The notes under the pieces are model-generated. The model made no database searches. It worked only from the letters and a program-made list of their open reading frames with translations, and had not been told where the DNA came from. Source: Flavobacteriales bacterium (GTDB lineage: Bacteria > Bacteroidota > Bacteroidia > Flavobacteriales_D > UBA2798). From it: a stretch of 64,000 nt of DNA. Positions within the stretch are counted from its first letter, which is position 1; every line of letters starts with the position of its first letter. The stretch covers positions 262,265 to 326,264 of the forward strand of contig JAIBBF010000001.1 in assembly GCA_019694795.1 (NCBI GenBank), written 5' to 3'. Position numbers and translations under genes: made by a program. This document shows positions 31,641-41,765 of the stretch, one piece after another.

Positions 31641-31660
31641 CAATAATTTGAATTCAAGAA

Positions 31661-32596
31661 TTACAAATCCCAAACATCGTGTTCGAAATCAGCCATTCCA
31701 TCTTTTATTTTTTCAGATTCAAGTAATGCATCTACCCCTGAGGTGTAATCCACAATTTTCCTGTCGTAAATATTCGATTCCTTTTTAATGTAACTGGTAA
31801 ACATTCGTTTCCAGAACAAGTCATCAAACGACATCCGCTGCGCATCATTCTGACGGTTATACACGAAGTGGTTTTGTAAGATGTATCTCAACTCAGGGAA
31901 ATATAACCAGAACAATGTACGCACGCCGGTTACAGCTTTTGTAGCAGGATCGATAGAGTAAATAATCGGTGCAATACCAATAATACGAACGTCTAAAACA
32001 GAGCGTTGTTTATCGAAAAACCAATCCTCCTTCAATTCCCAGGCAATGATATCTTTGGAAGTAATCCAAACCGTATCTGCCGGTGGATAAACAGGGTTAC
32101 CTGCTCCATCCAATGAGTCCATTGTACCTCCCATACCATCAGAAACCTGATAAGCATTGGTAGATTGAGAAACGTCTTGTACCAAGAGGTTTTGAACGTC
32201 TTTCAGATAGGTGGGACTACTTTGATTTAAAGGAAATAGAAACTGGTCAGCACCAAAATCTGCTTCATTCAGATCCTTTGCATTAAGATTCAAAGGTTGA
32301 TAAACTGTGAGCTCTCCTTTAAGCATCCAGAACATCATTACGTCGAATAATGACATACGATCTGTAAGAGGCTTTAAAGGATAGTAGAGCGGGAAATTAA
32401 TTTTCTCGCGTAAGTCGATCACTCTCCAGATGCGTTTTTCCCACATCACGTCAGCCTCACGCAAATGCGTGTACTGAATGAGTTTTTTGGTCGGAATGTG
32501 CTCTTTCACGTAAACACCATCCAACACGTTCTGCGCCATCGACGATGAAGCGATGATAAGCGCAATTCCAATCAATATCGATCTCATAACTCTCAT
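31661..32596 (-). CDS. gldN: Gliding motility / T9SS protein GldN (PorN)
   Basis: 311 aa with a signal peptide. It is the last gene of the gldKLMN set, and its sequence pattern is GldN-like. Confidence 0.85.
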   Translation of the reverse strand: MRVMRSILIGIALIIASSSMAQNVLDGVYVKEHIPTKKLIQYTHLREADVMWEKRIWRVIDLREKINFPLYYPLKPLTDRMSLFDVMMFWMLKGELTVYQPLNLNAKDLNEADFGADQFLFPLNQSSPTYLKDVQNLLVQDVSQSTNAYQVSDGMGGTMDSLDGAGNPVYPPADTVWITSKDIIAWELKEDWFFDKQRSVLDVRIIGIAPIIYSIDPATKAVTGVRTLFWLYFPELRYILQNHFVYNRQNDAQRMSFDDLFWKRMFTSYIKKESNIYDRKIVDYTSGVDALLESEKIKDGMADFEHDVWDL

Positions 32597-32617
32597 AATT
32601 TATCTGCCTTTCAACTA

Positions 32618-34342
32618 TTACTTGATGATGAATGCAAGTGGTGATACTTTCAATTTAGTTCCACCAGGACCTACACACTCAATCGCTGTAAAGGAAACAC
32701 TCATTCCTGAAGAAAGACCGTTTAACAAGCCTTGCATTTTAGGTGTTAATGCACCGCTGGTAGTGGTTTCACGAATTGGTGTTCCTTTTACCATAACAAC
32801 CATTGTAAAGGAAGTTACACGGAAAGAAACTTTTGTAGGGTCAAGTGGTACTGAAGGATCATACGCTACACGTACACCTGCGTTCGAGTTTGCTTTAAGG
32901 TCAGCCTTACTAATGTTACCCTCAGAGGAAGGAATACTTCCAAGGTAAGAAGAAGGCTTCGGAAGCTGTTTTACTACAAAGGTTGGACCAGAAAGTGATT
33001 TACTTCCGCCACCGTCAGTTTTAACGGTTATGGACGATTGTACTTTCTTACCAATCATTCCAACTGGAGCTTTAACGGAAAACTTACCGCCACCTTTTGA
33101 ACCAACTGCTAATCCTGGTAAATTCAGGTTAACACGATCCTGAGGATACCCGGATGCAGATGCAGAGAAAGTGTGCTCATAGTTTGCGTAAACTACAAGG
33201 AAGTCCTCATTAGCAATTACACCTGTAGGTTCTCCAACTTCATATTGGTATTTCCAAGGTTTCCACTTCTCTTCTCCTTTTTCTTTTACAGAAATCAGAC
33301 CATAAGCTGTATATGCTCCTGGAGTAGTTCCGCGAACGGAAATTTTTCCAATTTGTTCTTTGTAATTAGCCGGATTCGAATCGTTAATTCCAAAACGAAT
33401 TTTAGGAACTTCTGTCGAGTCATAGGCTGCAATCATAACGCGAAGATCCATCGAGTCGCCAACGTTCAGGTAAGATGTACGGGCAAATGCCAATGGTTCA
33501 ATTTTGTTAAAGTTGAATGTTGGCGCCTGAACTTTACCTAAAAGGTGGTCGATAGCTACTGCCTCTGCGTTACGGATATCGTTACGAAGTGAGGTGAACA
33601 ACGCTGCTGCGGCTACTACCGGAGCATGGTCGAACATACCAGCCTGCCAAGGAACTTCTTCCTCGTGGTTCTTCATTTTCTCTGGAAGCGTAAGCATTTG
33701 ATACACCTGCTTGATTTTAGCTGTGTCTTCAGGATTACATTCCTTCAGAGCTGCTAATAACTCTTCATCCGAGAATGAAGAACCATCAAACTTAGGTGCA
33801 AACTTAAATGTACGTTTTCCTAAAGTGTAGTTTGCTAAAACAAAACATACAGAGTCACGATAAGTATGGAACTTAGTTACAAGGTCCTTACCACGTTGGT
33901 TGATGTTACCCGGATCTCCTACGAATAAGCGGGTAGCCGCATCGTAATCGTCTTTTGAACCAACTTCGTGAAGTGTATGAAGTTTCTTTTTGCCGTTTTC
34001 ATCATCCAGCCAATCTTTCTTCTCAACTTCTTTGATCAGATCGTTGGTTTCCTGAAGGAAAAATGAATACGCATTGTTAGCCATTCCCTGAATTTGAGTA
34101 GCACGCGCAGCCCATGGCTTAGCAGCTTCTTTCGTCTGAGGAACTTTCATGAAATTTTCAAAGGCCTGATAAACTCCACCATTCTTTGTTTCGATAGCTC
34201 GGGTTGAATTTTCGAGTTTATCGTTCAAAGTGATAAAAGCTACCACGATTTCCTTTGATACGTTAAGTGCGAGAAGAGCGGTGAGTACAAGGTACATCAT
34301 CCCGATCATCTTCTGTCTGGGCGTTTCTTTACCACCTGCCAT
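32618..34342 (-). CDS. gldM: Gliding motility / T9SS protein GldM (PorM)
   Basis: 574 aa with the N-terminal GKETPRQKMIGMMYLVLTALLALNVS TM anchor typical of GldM. Confidence 0.9.
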   Translation of the reverse strand: MAGGKETPRQKMIGMMYLVLTALLALNVSKEIVVAFITLNDKLENSTRAIETKNGGVYQAFENFMKVPQTKEAAKPWAARATQIQGMANNAYSFFLQETNDLIKEVEKKDWLDDENGKKKLHTLHEVGSKDDYDAATRLFVGDPGNINQRGKDLVTKFHTYRDSVCFVLANYTLGKRTFKFAPKFDGSSFSDEELLAALKECNPEDTAKIKQVYQMLTLPEKMKNHEEEVPWQAGMFDHAPVVAAAALFTSLRNDIRNAEAVAIDHLLGKVQAPTFNFNKIEPLAFARTSYLNVGDSMDLRVMIAAYDSTEVPKIRFGINDSNPANYKEQIGKISVRGTTPGAYTAYGLISVKEKGEEKWKPWKYQYEVGEPTGVIANEDFLVVYANYEHTFSASASGYPQDRVNLNLPGLAVGSKGGGKFSVKAPVGMIGKKVQSSITVKTDGGGSKSLSGPTFVVKQLPKPSSYLGSIPSSEGNISKADLKANSNAGVRVAYDPSVPLDPTKVSFRVTSFTMVVMVKGTPIRETTTSGALTPKMQGLLNGLSSGMSVSFTAIECVGPGGTKLKVSPLAFIIK

Positions 34343-34398
34343 TTTTAATCAATTGTTTTGGTTGTTCAACAAACATTGAATTACATCGGGAGACGGAA

Positions 34399-35217
34399 TT
34401 AACCGCGAGCTCCTGTATTGATGTTCATGGCAGCAAGCATGTTGCCGTAAATAGTATTCAGAGCAGACAAGTTACGAGCAAGGTCGGACATGTTCTCTTT
34501 GTACTTCTTAGTATCATCTAATGAATCGTGCAGATTTTGCATTAATTCATTGATACCGGAATACAATTTCTGAGTTGACTCAAGATGAGAAGATGAACCT
34601 TTCAATTGCATTTCGTAAATGTTGTTCAATGCAGAAAGATTAGTAGAAAGTTTTTGCATTTGCTCACCGAATGATTGTCCTTCAGCTTGTGTGCTGGTAA
34701 GACCCATTAATGATTCAGATGCTTTTACATACGATTCAGAAAGTTTTTCAACTTTTTGAGAAGCACCTTTCAGGCTATCGATGTATTCATTTGTTGCAAT
34801 AGATGCGTTAGATACGTCACCAATTTTGTGTGTTGCATCCGTTAATGAACGTAATCCTGTTCCAAGGCTTTGGATCAATTCAGGTTCAATTTTGGCTTCT
34901 TCAAGCATCTTGTCGAGCTCTTCAGTTACCGATCCTTTTTTCTCCACTTTGTGATGTTGTGCACCATGCTCATGTTCGTCGTCCATGTGACCTAATGCGA
35001 GTTCAGGGTAAACAAGTTCCCACTTCGGATCTTCATGAATCGGTTCAAACGCCGAGAAGATAAAGATAATTGCCTCAGTCGACAGACCGATTACAAGCAT
35101 CGCTCCAGCACCCGGCCAGTGCATAATTTTAAACATCGCTCCAACGATTACCACGGCTGCACCAAATCCGTACAGCTTGGCCATGAATTTTTTCCACGCT
35201 TTGCTTCCTGGTTTCAT
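34399..35217 (-). CDS. gldL: Gliding motility / T9SS protein GldL (PorL)
   Basis: 272 aa with two N-terminal TM helices (YGFGAAVVIVGAMFKI.HWPG..., LSTEAIIF.FSAFEP) and the repeated L.ALN.IY motif. Confidence 0.9.
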   Translation of the reverse strand: MKPGSKAWKKFMAKLYGFGAAVVIVGAMFKIMHWPGAGAMLVIGLSTEAIIFIFSAFEPIHEDPKWELVYPELALGHMDDEHEHGAQHHKVEKKGSVTEELDKMLEEAKIEPELIQSLGTGLRSLTDATHKIGDVSNASIATNEYIDSLKGASQKVEKLSESYVKASESLMGLTSTQAEGQSFGEQMQKLSTNLSALNNIYEMQLKGSSSHLESTQKLYSGINELMQNLHDSLDDTKKYKENMSDLARNLSALNTIYGNMLAAMNINTGARG

Positions 35218-35271
35218 AGTTTTTCTTGCTTTTATTTGGTTTTACATTGTTTGATTGCTACTTCAAGGGTA

Positions 35272-36714
35272 TTATTTTGCCTCCTCATCCTGGTTAGGAC
35301 CGCCACGACCGAGATAAGTCATAACACAACGGAATCCTACGTATGATTTAGCCGAATCCTGGTATTCGAATGAACGGCTACCGGTTTGCAGATAATAAGC
35401 GATGTCTTTCCAAGAACCACCACGAATTACCTTACGTTTCATACTTGGCGGATCATGGTCTAATGCATCATATCGATACTCTGTATTTAAATCGTGAGCG
35501 AATTCGTAAACCGACTCATCATAGGCTGTTTCGCACCACTCAGATACGTTTCCGGACATACAGTACAGACCATAATCATTAGGATGGTAAGAAGTGATTT
35601 TCACGGTGTGGAAACCACCATCTTCCATATAGCGACCACGCATTGGTTTAAAGTTTCCTAAGAAACACCCGTGTGCGTTACGGATGTAAGGACCTCCCCA
35701 TGGGTAAGGACTTAAATCCAGACCACCACGTGCAGCATATTCCCATTCAGCTTCTGTTGGTAAACGGAAGTCCTGAACATAGAAATCGCCATTGCTTTCT
35801 AACCAAGAGTTCAATAATTGGGTTCTCCAAACACAGAATGCTTTTGCCTGAACCCAGGTAACTCCTACTACCGGATACTCATCATAAGCCGGATGCCAGA
35901 AATACATATTGGTCATCGGGTCGTTGAATGAATAGGTAAAGTCGCTAATCCAGCACAATGTATCAGGATAAACGTTGATGATTTCTTTAATGATAAAGCG
36001 TGAACGATCGGTATGACCACGGATAGCATTGTTTTGCCCCTTTTTGTTGCGGTAACCCAAATCTAAGTCACGACCAACCGGTTCTTTGGTAATGGGATCT
36101 TCCGGGTTGGAAAGTGTACGGTGCTCCGGATCTTCCGGGTTCTCTTTAATATTGTAACGTCCCTTTTTAGCAGCTGCCTGAAGGTCGATCCAATAGTATT
36201 CGAACAACAATTTACGCACATCGAATTCTTTACGGCGATAGTAGCGTTCATGATCCGGTAGATACATTTCGGACAAAAGCGGCATGTAGTCCTCATCGAA
36301 ATAACGAAGACGAGTGGACCAATTTAAATCCCATTCACTTTGATCCAATTCATTCATTTCGTCATCATAACGAGGATTGAGGAATTCATCTGGGAAATCT
36401 TCTGATAATTTACGACGAGCGATTGAATCTCGTACATAGTAAACAAACTGGCGATACTCATTATTCGAGATCTCAGTTTGATCCATATAGAAAGCCTGAA
36501 TCGAAACAGTTTTCGTGCGATTGGTATGCGCCCAAGGCACATCCTGATCACTGGCTCCCATATTGTATGATCCCGCCGGGATATACAACATTCCGTACGG
36601 TGTATTCTGATACCAAGCTGGACGCGGGATAACTCCTACGAGCTCTCCGTTGTTCCCTTGTGAACAAGAAAACAGCGTAACTACAATTGCTGAATAGAAC
36701 AACAACTTTTTCAT
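35272..36714 (-). CDS. gldK: Gliding motility / T9SS lipoprotein GldK (PorK), FGE/SUMF1-fold
   Basis: 480 aa with a lipobox (TLFSCSQ). FGE-sulfatase-like motifs are present (RLPTEAEWEYAARGG, RGGSW, GFRCV). Confidence 0.9.
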   Translation of the reverse strand: MKKLLFYSAIVVTLFSCSQGNNGELVGVIPRPAWYQNTPYGMLYIPAGSYNMGASDQDVPWAHTNRTKTVSIQAFYMDQTEISNNEYRQFVYYVRDSIARRKLSEDFPDEFLNPRYDDEMNELDQSEWDLNWSTRLRYFDEDYMPLLSEMYLPDHERYYRRKEFDVRKLLFEYYWIDLQAAAKKGRYNIKENPEDPEHRTLSNPEDPITKEPVGRDLDLGYRNKKGQNNAIRGHTDRSRFIIKEIINVYPDTLCWISDFTYSFNDPMTNMYFWHPAYDEYPVVGVTWVQAKAFCVWRTQLLNSWLESNGDFYVQDFRLPTEAEWEYAARGGLDLSPYPWGGPYIRNAHGCFLGNFKPMRGRYMEDGGFHTVKITSYHPNDYGLYCMSGNVSEWCETAYDESVYEFAHDLNTEYRYDALDHDPPSMKRKVIRGGSWKDIAYYLQTGSRSFEYQDSAKSYVGFRCVMTYLGRGGPNQDEEAK

Positions 36715-36817
36715 GCTACCTCCATTAATTTATTAAACCCCCACAGGTTCCAACCTCCTGAAATCGGACCACCATGGAATGCTTTTAACGCTTTCAATTC
36801 CTTTTGAGTTACAGAAA

Positions 36818-37765
36818 TTATAAAAATCTTACAGTTTTGGACTTCTGAAGTGTTGGAACAGGCACCACATTAAAGCAGTAACTCACCATAAATTCATGAC
36901 TTCCTTTACTATAATTCTTAATCTCGCTGGTGGTTACATCGTATGAGTAACCAATTTTAATCATACCTGGCATTTTTTTCGGATCGCCAATGGCTTGTTG
37001 ATATCCTAACATAGGTACAATTGCATCTTTAATACGGTAGCTCAGACCTCCCCAGAACATATTTCTCCAAAGGACATTCGCGTTGATGTCAACCTGAGTT
37101 GAAGTAGCATCAGATTCCAAACGCATAGATGGGCGAATCATAAAATCTGCATTTGAAGGCAGTGTCCAATCATATCCCCCCATGAGGTAGTAGTGACGAA
37201 CATTTTTTACGTTCAGATTCTTAAGATCAGTTTCCGTTAAATGGGTTGCTGATAAACCGGCATACCAATCGTTGGCTTTATAATAAACCCCTAATCCAAT
37301 ATCATAAGAACCTTGGCTGTAGCTGGCTCCATTATTAGGAATGGCATTATCTAAAGACGGATCGGTTATAGCTACCCATTGTGGGTTTAAGGAAACATTC
37401 ATAAACCCAATGGAAATACCTCCACCAAGAATACCTCCCTTAACTGGCTGGTGAAAAGAATAATTTAACCGAGCCGAGAAATTATTGAAAAATCCGATTT
37501 TATCGCTGTATAAAGATAAACCTAAACCACCGTGAAGCATTTTAACCGGACCATGAGCATTAAATAAAAATGTTGAAGGCGCACCGGTAAAACCTGCCCA
37601 TTGCTGACGGAAAAACCCGGTAGCACAGATTTTGTTGTCAATTCCTGCATAAGCCGGATTGATCGATAAACGATCAAACATATACTGCGAGAACTGATAG
37701 TCCTGCTGTGCATAGGAAACCATTCCTGTGAACAAGCATGCTGCAGAGAGTAAAATTTTCCTCAT
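36818..37765 (-). CDS. T9SS membrane protein, PorP/SprF family
   Basis: 315 aa with a signal peptide followed by QQDYQFSQYMFDRLSINPAYAG, the hallmark N-terminus of PorP/SprF beta-barrels. Confidence 0.8.
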   Translation of the reverse strand: MRKILLSAACLFTGMVSYAQQDYQFSQYMFDRLSINPAYAGIDNKICATGFFRQQWAGFTGAPSTFLFNAHGPVKMLHGGLGLSLYSDKIGFFNNFSARLNYSFHQPVKGGILGGGISIGFMNVSLNPQWVAITDPSLDNAIPNNGASYSQGSYDIGLGVYYKANDWYAGLSATHLTETDLKNLNVKNVRHYYLMGGYDWTLPSNADFMIRPSMRLESDATSTQVDINANVLWRNMFWGGLSYRIKDAIVPMLGYQQAIGDPKKMPGMIKIGYSYDVTTSEIKNYSKGSHEFMVSYCFNVVPVPTLQKSKTVRFL

Positions 37766-37904
37766 AAAGTAATTTACTTTATTCTTTTTTTCGGTTTAGT
37801 ATGGATAGAATACTCCATCCAAAGTCCGGTAAAGTTAAAGAAAAATTAGTCTGGAAAAAATTTTTGGTAACATTTTCACAGGATTTTGAACAATCCTTTA
37901 AGAT

Positions 37905-39080
37905 TCAAGACAACTTCTGGTAAGTTTTCCACCACAAATCTGGCATCTCACCCTCGGAAGCAGTCTGATAATCAGCATATGAGCAAGGAACCATGTGGTG
38001 GCGCTCAAATTTAAGTCGTTTGTCGGGCGGGTATGGAACGTCCATCCACCAGCGGTCTGAACGGTTACTTTTATAAAAAATAATCTCGTGGTCGGTGTTA
38101 ACCCCGGCAACCCGGTATTTTGTAAACAAGGCTTTATCCCCTATCGGATAGTCTTTTTTACGGTTATAGTAACCATCCATAAGGTACCAAATCATCTGGG
38201 CTACCAAATGTGAAGTTTGTCCCCTGCTATCGAGTTTAGGATTTAATTCGTAAAAACCGGCTGAAGTCAGTTTATCACTCATTCCGGCATAGCGGCACAT
38301 TTGGCAAGCTTCCTCTCCAAATAATCCGTTGGGGCTTGCATTACCATTTCCGGGCGCTTCCGAAAACCTGAGTGCGCCGATATCGAAACTCAACACGTCT
38401 GCATTTCTAATTAAGGGTTCCGTTTGGGTGATGTCCTTACGGATTTCGCCAAGACGAAAATTATCGAAATACAATTTATCCATCAGATCCAGCGTCTTTG
38501 CATCCGAAAAATGAGTTTGCAAAGCGATATTACAGTAATTGAATAAATAATTCGGTTGGTGTAAAATGATTTTTCCCAAATAGGTTCGGGATGAAATTTC
38601 TTCCTCAATGGCACCTAAATCCAATCGTGAATCGATGGTGACCATATTTACCGTCTGCTCCAGTTTTTCATAGGCAAGATAATTGGCGTAGGTCAAATCC
38701 TGACTCCCACCTATGATGATTGGAAAAATATTTCGCCGAATTAAAAATGCGAGGGATTGCGATAAAGCATACCAGGTATCTTCAATGGTGGCTCCTGCTT
38801 TTATATTTCCGAGATCAGCAATTTTGGGTTGGTAACCCGACAAGGCTAATGCGTATAAATATTTCCGTACCTGATCTGCACCTGAAGCACAACCCTGGTT
38901 GTTATAAGCCAAACGCTCTTCATGAACTCCTATGATGGCAATTTCAATCCCTTCCAAAGATGGAAAACCGGAAGCATTGTGATAATCGACACTCTTGGCA
39001 AGCGTATCGTTTAATAAATTTTCTTCCGGAATTGATTCGGGTATAAAACCCGGCTCAAAGAAGATTGAAATATCCTTCAT
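37905..39080 (-). CDS. Arginase/formiminoglutamase-fold protein with non-canonical metal-site residues
   Basis: 391 aa. The ureohydrolase signature region is recognisable (SFDIGALRFSEAPGNGNASPNG), but GGDHS reads GGSQD, DAHxD reads DSRLD and SxDxD reads SFDIG. There is also an extra C-terminal extension of about 80 aa. Confidence 0.6.
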   Translation of the reverse strand: MKDISIFFEPGFIPESIPEENLLNDTLAKSVDYHNASGFPSLEGIEIAIIGVHEERLAYNNQGCASGADQVRKYLYALALSGYQPKIADLGNIKAGATIEDTWYALSQSLAFLIRRNIFPIIIGGSQDLTYANYLAYEKLEQTVNMVTIDSRLDLGAIEEEISSRTYLGKIILHQPNYLFNYCNIALQTHFSDAKTLDLMDKLYFDNFRLGEIRKDITQTEPLIRNADVLSFDIGALRFSEAPGNGNASPNGLFGEEACQMCRYAGMSDKLTSAGFYELNPKLDSRGQTSHLVAQMIWYLMDGYYNRKKDYPIGDKALFTKYRVAGVNTDHEIIFYKSNRSDRWWMDVPYPPDKRLKFERHHMVPCSYADYQTASEGEMPDLWWKTYQKLS

Positions 39081-39083
39081 TGG

Positions 39084-41564
39084 TTATTTGCGCTTTTTCG
39101 CTGATTTAACTGAAGTGCTTTTCTTTTTTACGGTTGTTGTCTTTTTTACTGCAGTTTTTGCGGAAGCTGACTTCTTACTTACCGTTTTTTTTGCGGTCGA
39201 TTTTTTTGGCGTCGCCTTTTTTGCTGCTGCTTTCTTTACACCAGTGCCAGTACTCTCTCCAGCTTTTAATTTTTTAACCTTGGTTTCTCCGGCTAATTCT
39301 AAACACTTCTCCAGCGTAAGGTCAGTTGGTTCAATATCTTTTGGAATACGTACATTTTTACGTCCCACTTTAATAAACGCTCCCCATCTTCCTTTCAATA
39401 CTTGCACTTCCTTATTTTCAGGGAATGTTTTTATTGTACGTTCTGCATTCGACTTCCGTTTTTCTTCCAACAGCTGTAGCGCTCTTTCAAGCGTGATGGT
39501 CATTGGGTCATCCCCATCTGCTTTTTTCAAGGAAGCGAAAACGCCATCGTGACCTACATATGGACCGAATCGTCCGACGCTTGCAACTACTTTTTTACCA
39601 TTGGATTCTCCCAGCGTACGAGGAAGTTTGAAAAGATCCATTGCTTCGGCGAGGGTGATCGTACCTATACTTTGTTCTTTACGCAAAGAAGCAAAACGTG
39701 GTTTTTCTTCATCATCTGCATCACCTATCATTACCATTGGTCCATAACGACCAATTTTCACCACTACTTTTTTCCCGGTCTCCGGATCTTTACCTAATTC
39801 ACGTTCACCTGTTGCGCGGTCAGATGTCTCTAAGGTTTCCTCCACATCTTTATGAAATGGTCCGTAAAAACGGCGAATCATTTCATTCCATTTCAACATC
39901 CCCTGAGCAATATCATCGAACTCTTTTTCTACAGAAGCAGTGAAACTAAAATCAAGCACATCACCAAAGTTCTTTACCAGAAAATCATTTACAACAATTC
40001 CTATATCGGTAGGGAATAATTTCCCCTTTTCAGCTCCGGTATTTTCTGTTTTTATCTCTTCAGAAATTTTCCCCTTTTTCAGTGTGAAAACATCATAATT
40101 TCTTTTTACGCCTTCACGTTCTTCACGAACTACATAGCCGCGCTTTTGAATGGTAGAGATGGTTGGTGCGTAAGTTGATGGTCGGCCAATACCTAGTTCC
40201 TCTAACTTTTTCACCAAACTTGCTTCAGTATAGCGAGCAGGGTGATGCGTGAATCGTTGAGTTCCGGTGATTTCAGAAACATCTAATGCTTGTCCAACTT
40301 TCATTGGAGGCAACATGGATTCATTTTCCTCCTCGGTATTTTCATCGTCGGTTGACTCTAAATATACTTTTAGAAAACCATCGAATTTAATTACTTCACC
40401 CTGTGCAATAAATTGTTCGGTTGTAGTGGAAATTCCAATGGTAACCGTGGTTTTTTCCAATAATGCATCTGCCATTTGAGAAGCTACGGTTCTCTTCCAA
40501 ATCAGTTCATATAATTTTTGTTCTGATGCATCACCCGGAACAGTCTGCTTATCGAGGTAAGTTGGACGAATGGCTTCGTGGGCCTCTTGTGCTCCTTTGG
40601 ATTTTGTCTGGAATTTGCGAGGATTAGAATACTTAGCACCATATAATTTGGTGATTGCATTCTTTGCTCCATCAATAGCTGTATCGGATAAATTTACGGA
40701 ATCGGTACGCATATAAGTAATGAACCCTGCCTCGTATAGTTTTTGAGCAACGCTCATGGTACGGGCCACCGACATTCCGATTTTACGTGATGCTTCTTGT
40801 TGTAAAGTAGATGTTGTAAATGGTGCGGCTGGAGAACGTTTGGCAGGTTTAGTCACCAAATCGGCCACTTTGAATTTTGCATTCGTACATTTTTCCAGAA
40901 AATCAAGAGCGTCTTTTTTCTTGGTAAAACGCTTATTTAATTCTGCTTTCACCAGGTGCTTTCCATCCACTAAAAAGACACCAACAAATCGATAAAATGT
41001 CTCTGCTTTAAAATCGTTAATCTCCCTTTCACGATCTACGATAATACGTACTGCAACCGATTGAACTCGTCCCGCAGAAAGCGAAGGTTTCACCTTTTTC
41101 CATAAGACTGGAGATAATTCAAATCCCACCAAACGGTCCAAAACCCTTCTAGCTTGCTGTGCATCAACCAGATGTTTATCAATTTTCCGCGGATTTTTAA
41201 TCGCGTTTTGAATTGCCGGTTTAGTAATTTCATTAAATGTAATACGCTTGGTACGGGAATCGGGTAACTCCAACGCCTCTTTCAAGTGCCATGAAATTGC
41301 CTCTCCTTCCCGGTCCTCATCCGTTGCTAACCAGATGATCTCTGCATCTTTCGACAACTTTTTGAGTTCGGTAATAACCTTCTTTTTATCTTCAGAAACC
41401 TCATAATGAGGTGCAAATCCTTTATCGATATCAATGGACAAACCATTTTTAGCCAAATCACGAACGTGACCAAAGCTTGATTTTACGATATAATCTTTTC
41501 CTAAAAACCCCTCGATGGTCTTAGCCTTTGCAGGCGACTCCACAATCACCAGATTTTTTGCCAT
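39084..41564 (-). CDS. topA: DNA topoisomerase I with lysine-rich C-terminal tail
   Basis: 826 aa with the Toprim start (LVIVESPAKAKTI), the active-site region (YITYMRTDS), and a C-terminal K/A/T-rich tail of about 60 aa. Confidence 0.95.
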   Translation of the reverse strand: MAKNLVIVESPAKAKTIEGFLGKDYIVKSSFGHVRDLAKNGLSIDIDKGFAPHYEVSEDKKKVITELKKLSKDAEIIWLATDEDREGEAISWHLKEALELPDSRTKRITFNEITKPAIQNAIKNPRKIDKHLVDAQQARRVLDRLVGFELSPVLWKKVKPSLSAGRVQSVAVRIIVDREREINDFKAETFYRFVGVFLVDGKHLVKAELNKRFTKKKDALDFLEKCTNAKFKVADLVTKPAKRSPAAPFTTSTLQQEASRKIGMSVARTMSVAQKLYEAGFITYMRTDSVNLSDTAIDGAKNAITKLYGAKYSNPRKFQTKSKGAQEAHEAIRPTYLDKQTVPGDASEQKLYELIWKRTVASQMADALLEKTTVTIGISTTTEQFIAQGEVIKFDGFLKVYLESTDDENTEEENESMLPPMKVGQALDVSEITGTQRFTHHPARYTEASLVKKLEELGIGRPSTYAPTISTIQKRGYVVREEREGVKRNYDVFTLKKGKISEEIKTENTGAEKGKLFPTDIGIVVNDFLVKNFGDVLDFSFTASVEKEFDDIAQGMLKWNEMIRRFYGPFHKDVEETLETSDRATGERELGKDPETGKKVVVKIGRYGPMVMIGDADDEEKPRFASLRKEQSIGTITLAEAMDLFKLPRTLGESNGKKVVASVGRFGPYVGHDGVFASLKKADGDDPMTITLERALQLLEEKRKSNAERTIKTFPENKEVQVLKGRWGAFIKVGRKNVRIPKDIEPTDLTLEKCLELAGETKVKKLKAGESTGTGVKKAAAKKATPKKSTAKKTVSKKSASAKTAVKKTTTVKKKSTSVKSAKKRK

Positions 41565-41708
41565 GCGTTAAAATAATTTCAAAATTGAGACCCCTAACCA
41601 GCCGGTCAGGGGTGCAAATAAAGCGAAAAGGAAAATTGAAAAAAAACACCTTGCCCCGCATTTTTTTTTAAACGTCTGATTTAGTGGATCTAAAAATATC
41701 CTGTCATT

Positions 41709-41738
41709 TTGACATATACCTTATAATGCTTATCTTTG
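41709..41738 (+). promoter_or_regulatory. Candidate sigma-A promoter for miaB (-33 TTG, -7 TATCTTTG)
   Basis: TTG at 41709-41711 and TATCTTTG at 41731-41738 have 19-nt spacing. The -7 box ends 27 nt before the miaB ATG. Confidence 0.45.
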
Positions 41739-41765
41739 CCTCCTTAATTTTTACAAGACTTTACG

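Noticed and set aside
32553-33541. Plus-strand ORFs 32553-32948 (131 aa) and 33173-33541 (122 aa).
   Set aside because: They are antisense to gldN/gldM, have no motif support, and the region is fully accounted for by the gld genes.
38995-39552. 185-aa ORF on the plus strand.
   Set aside because: It is antisense to the topA lysine-rich tail. Its Phe/Ala/Val-rich product is the complement of AAG/AAA codons, and topA fully explains the region.
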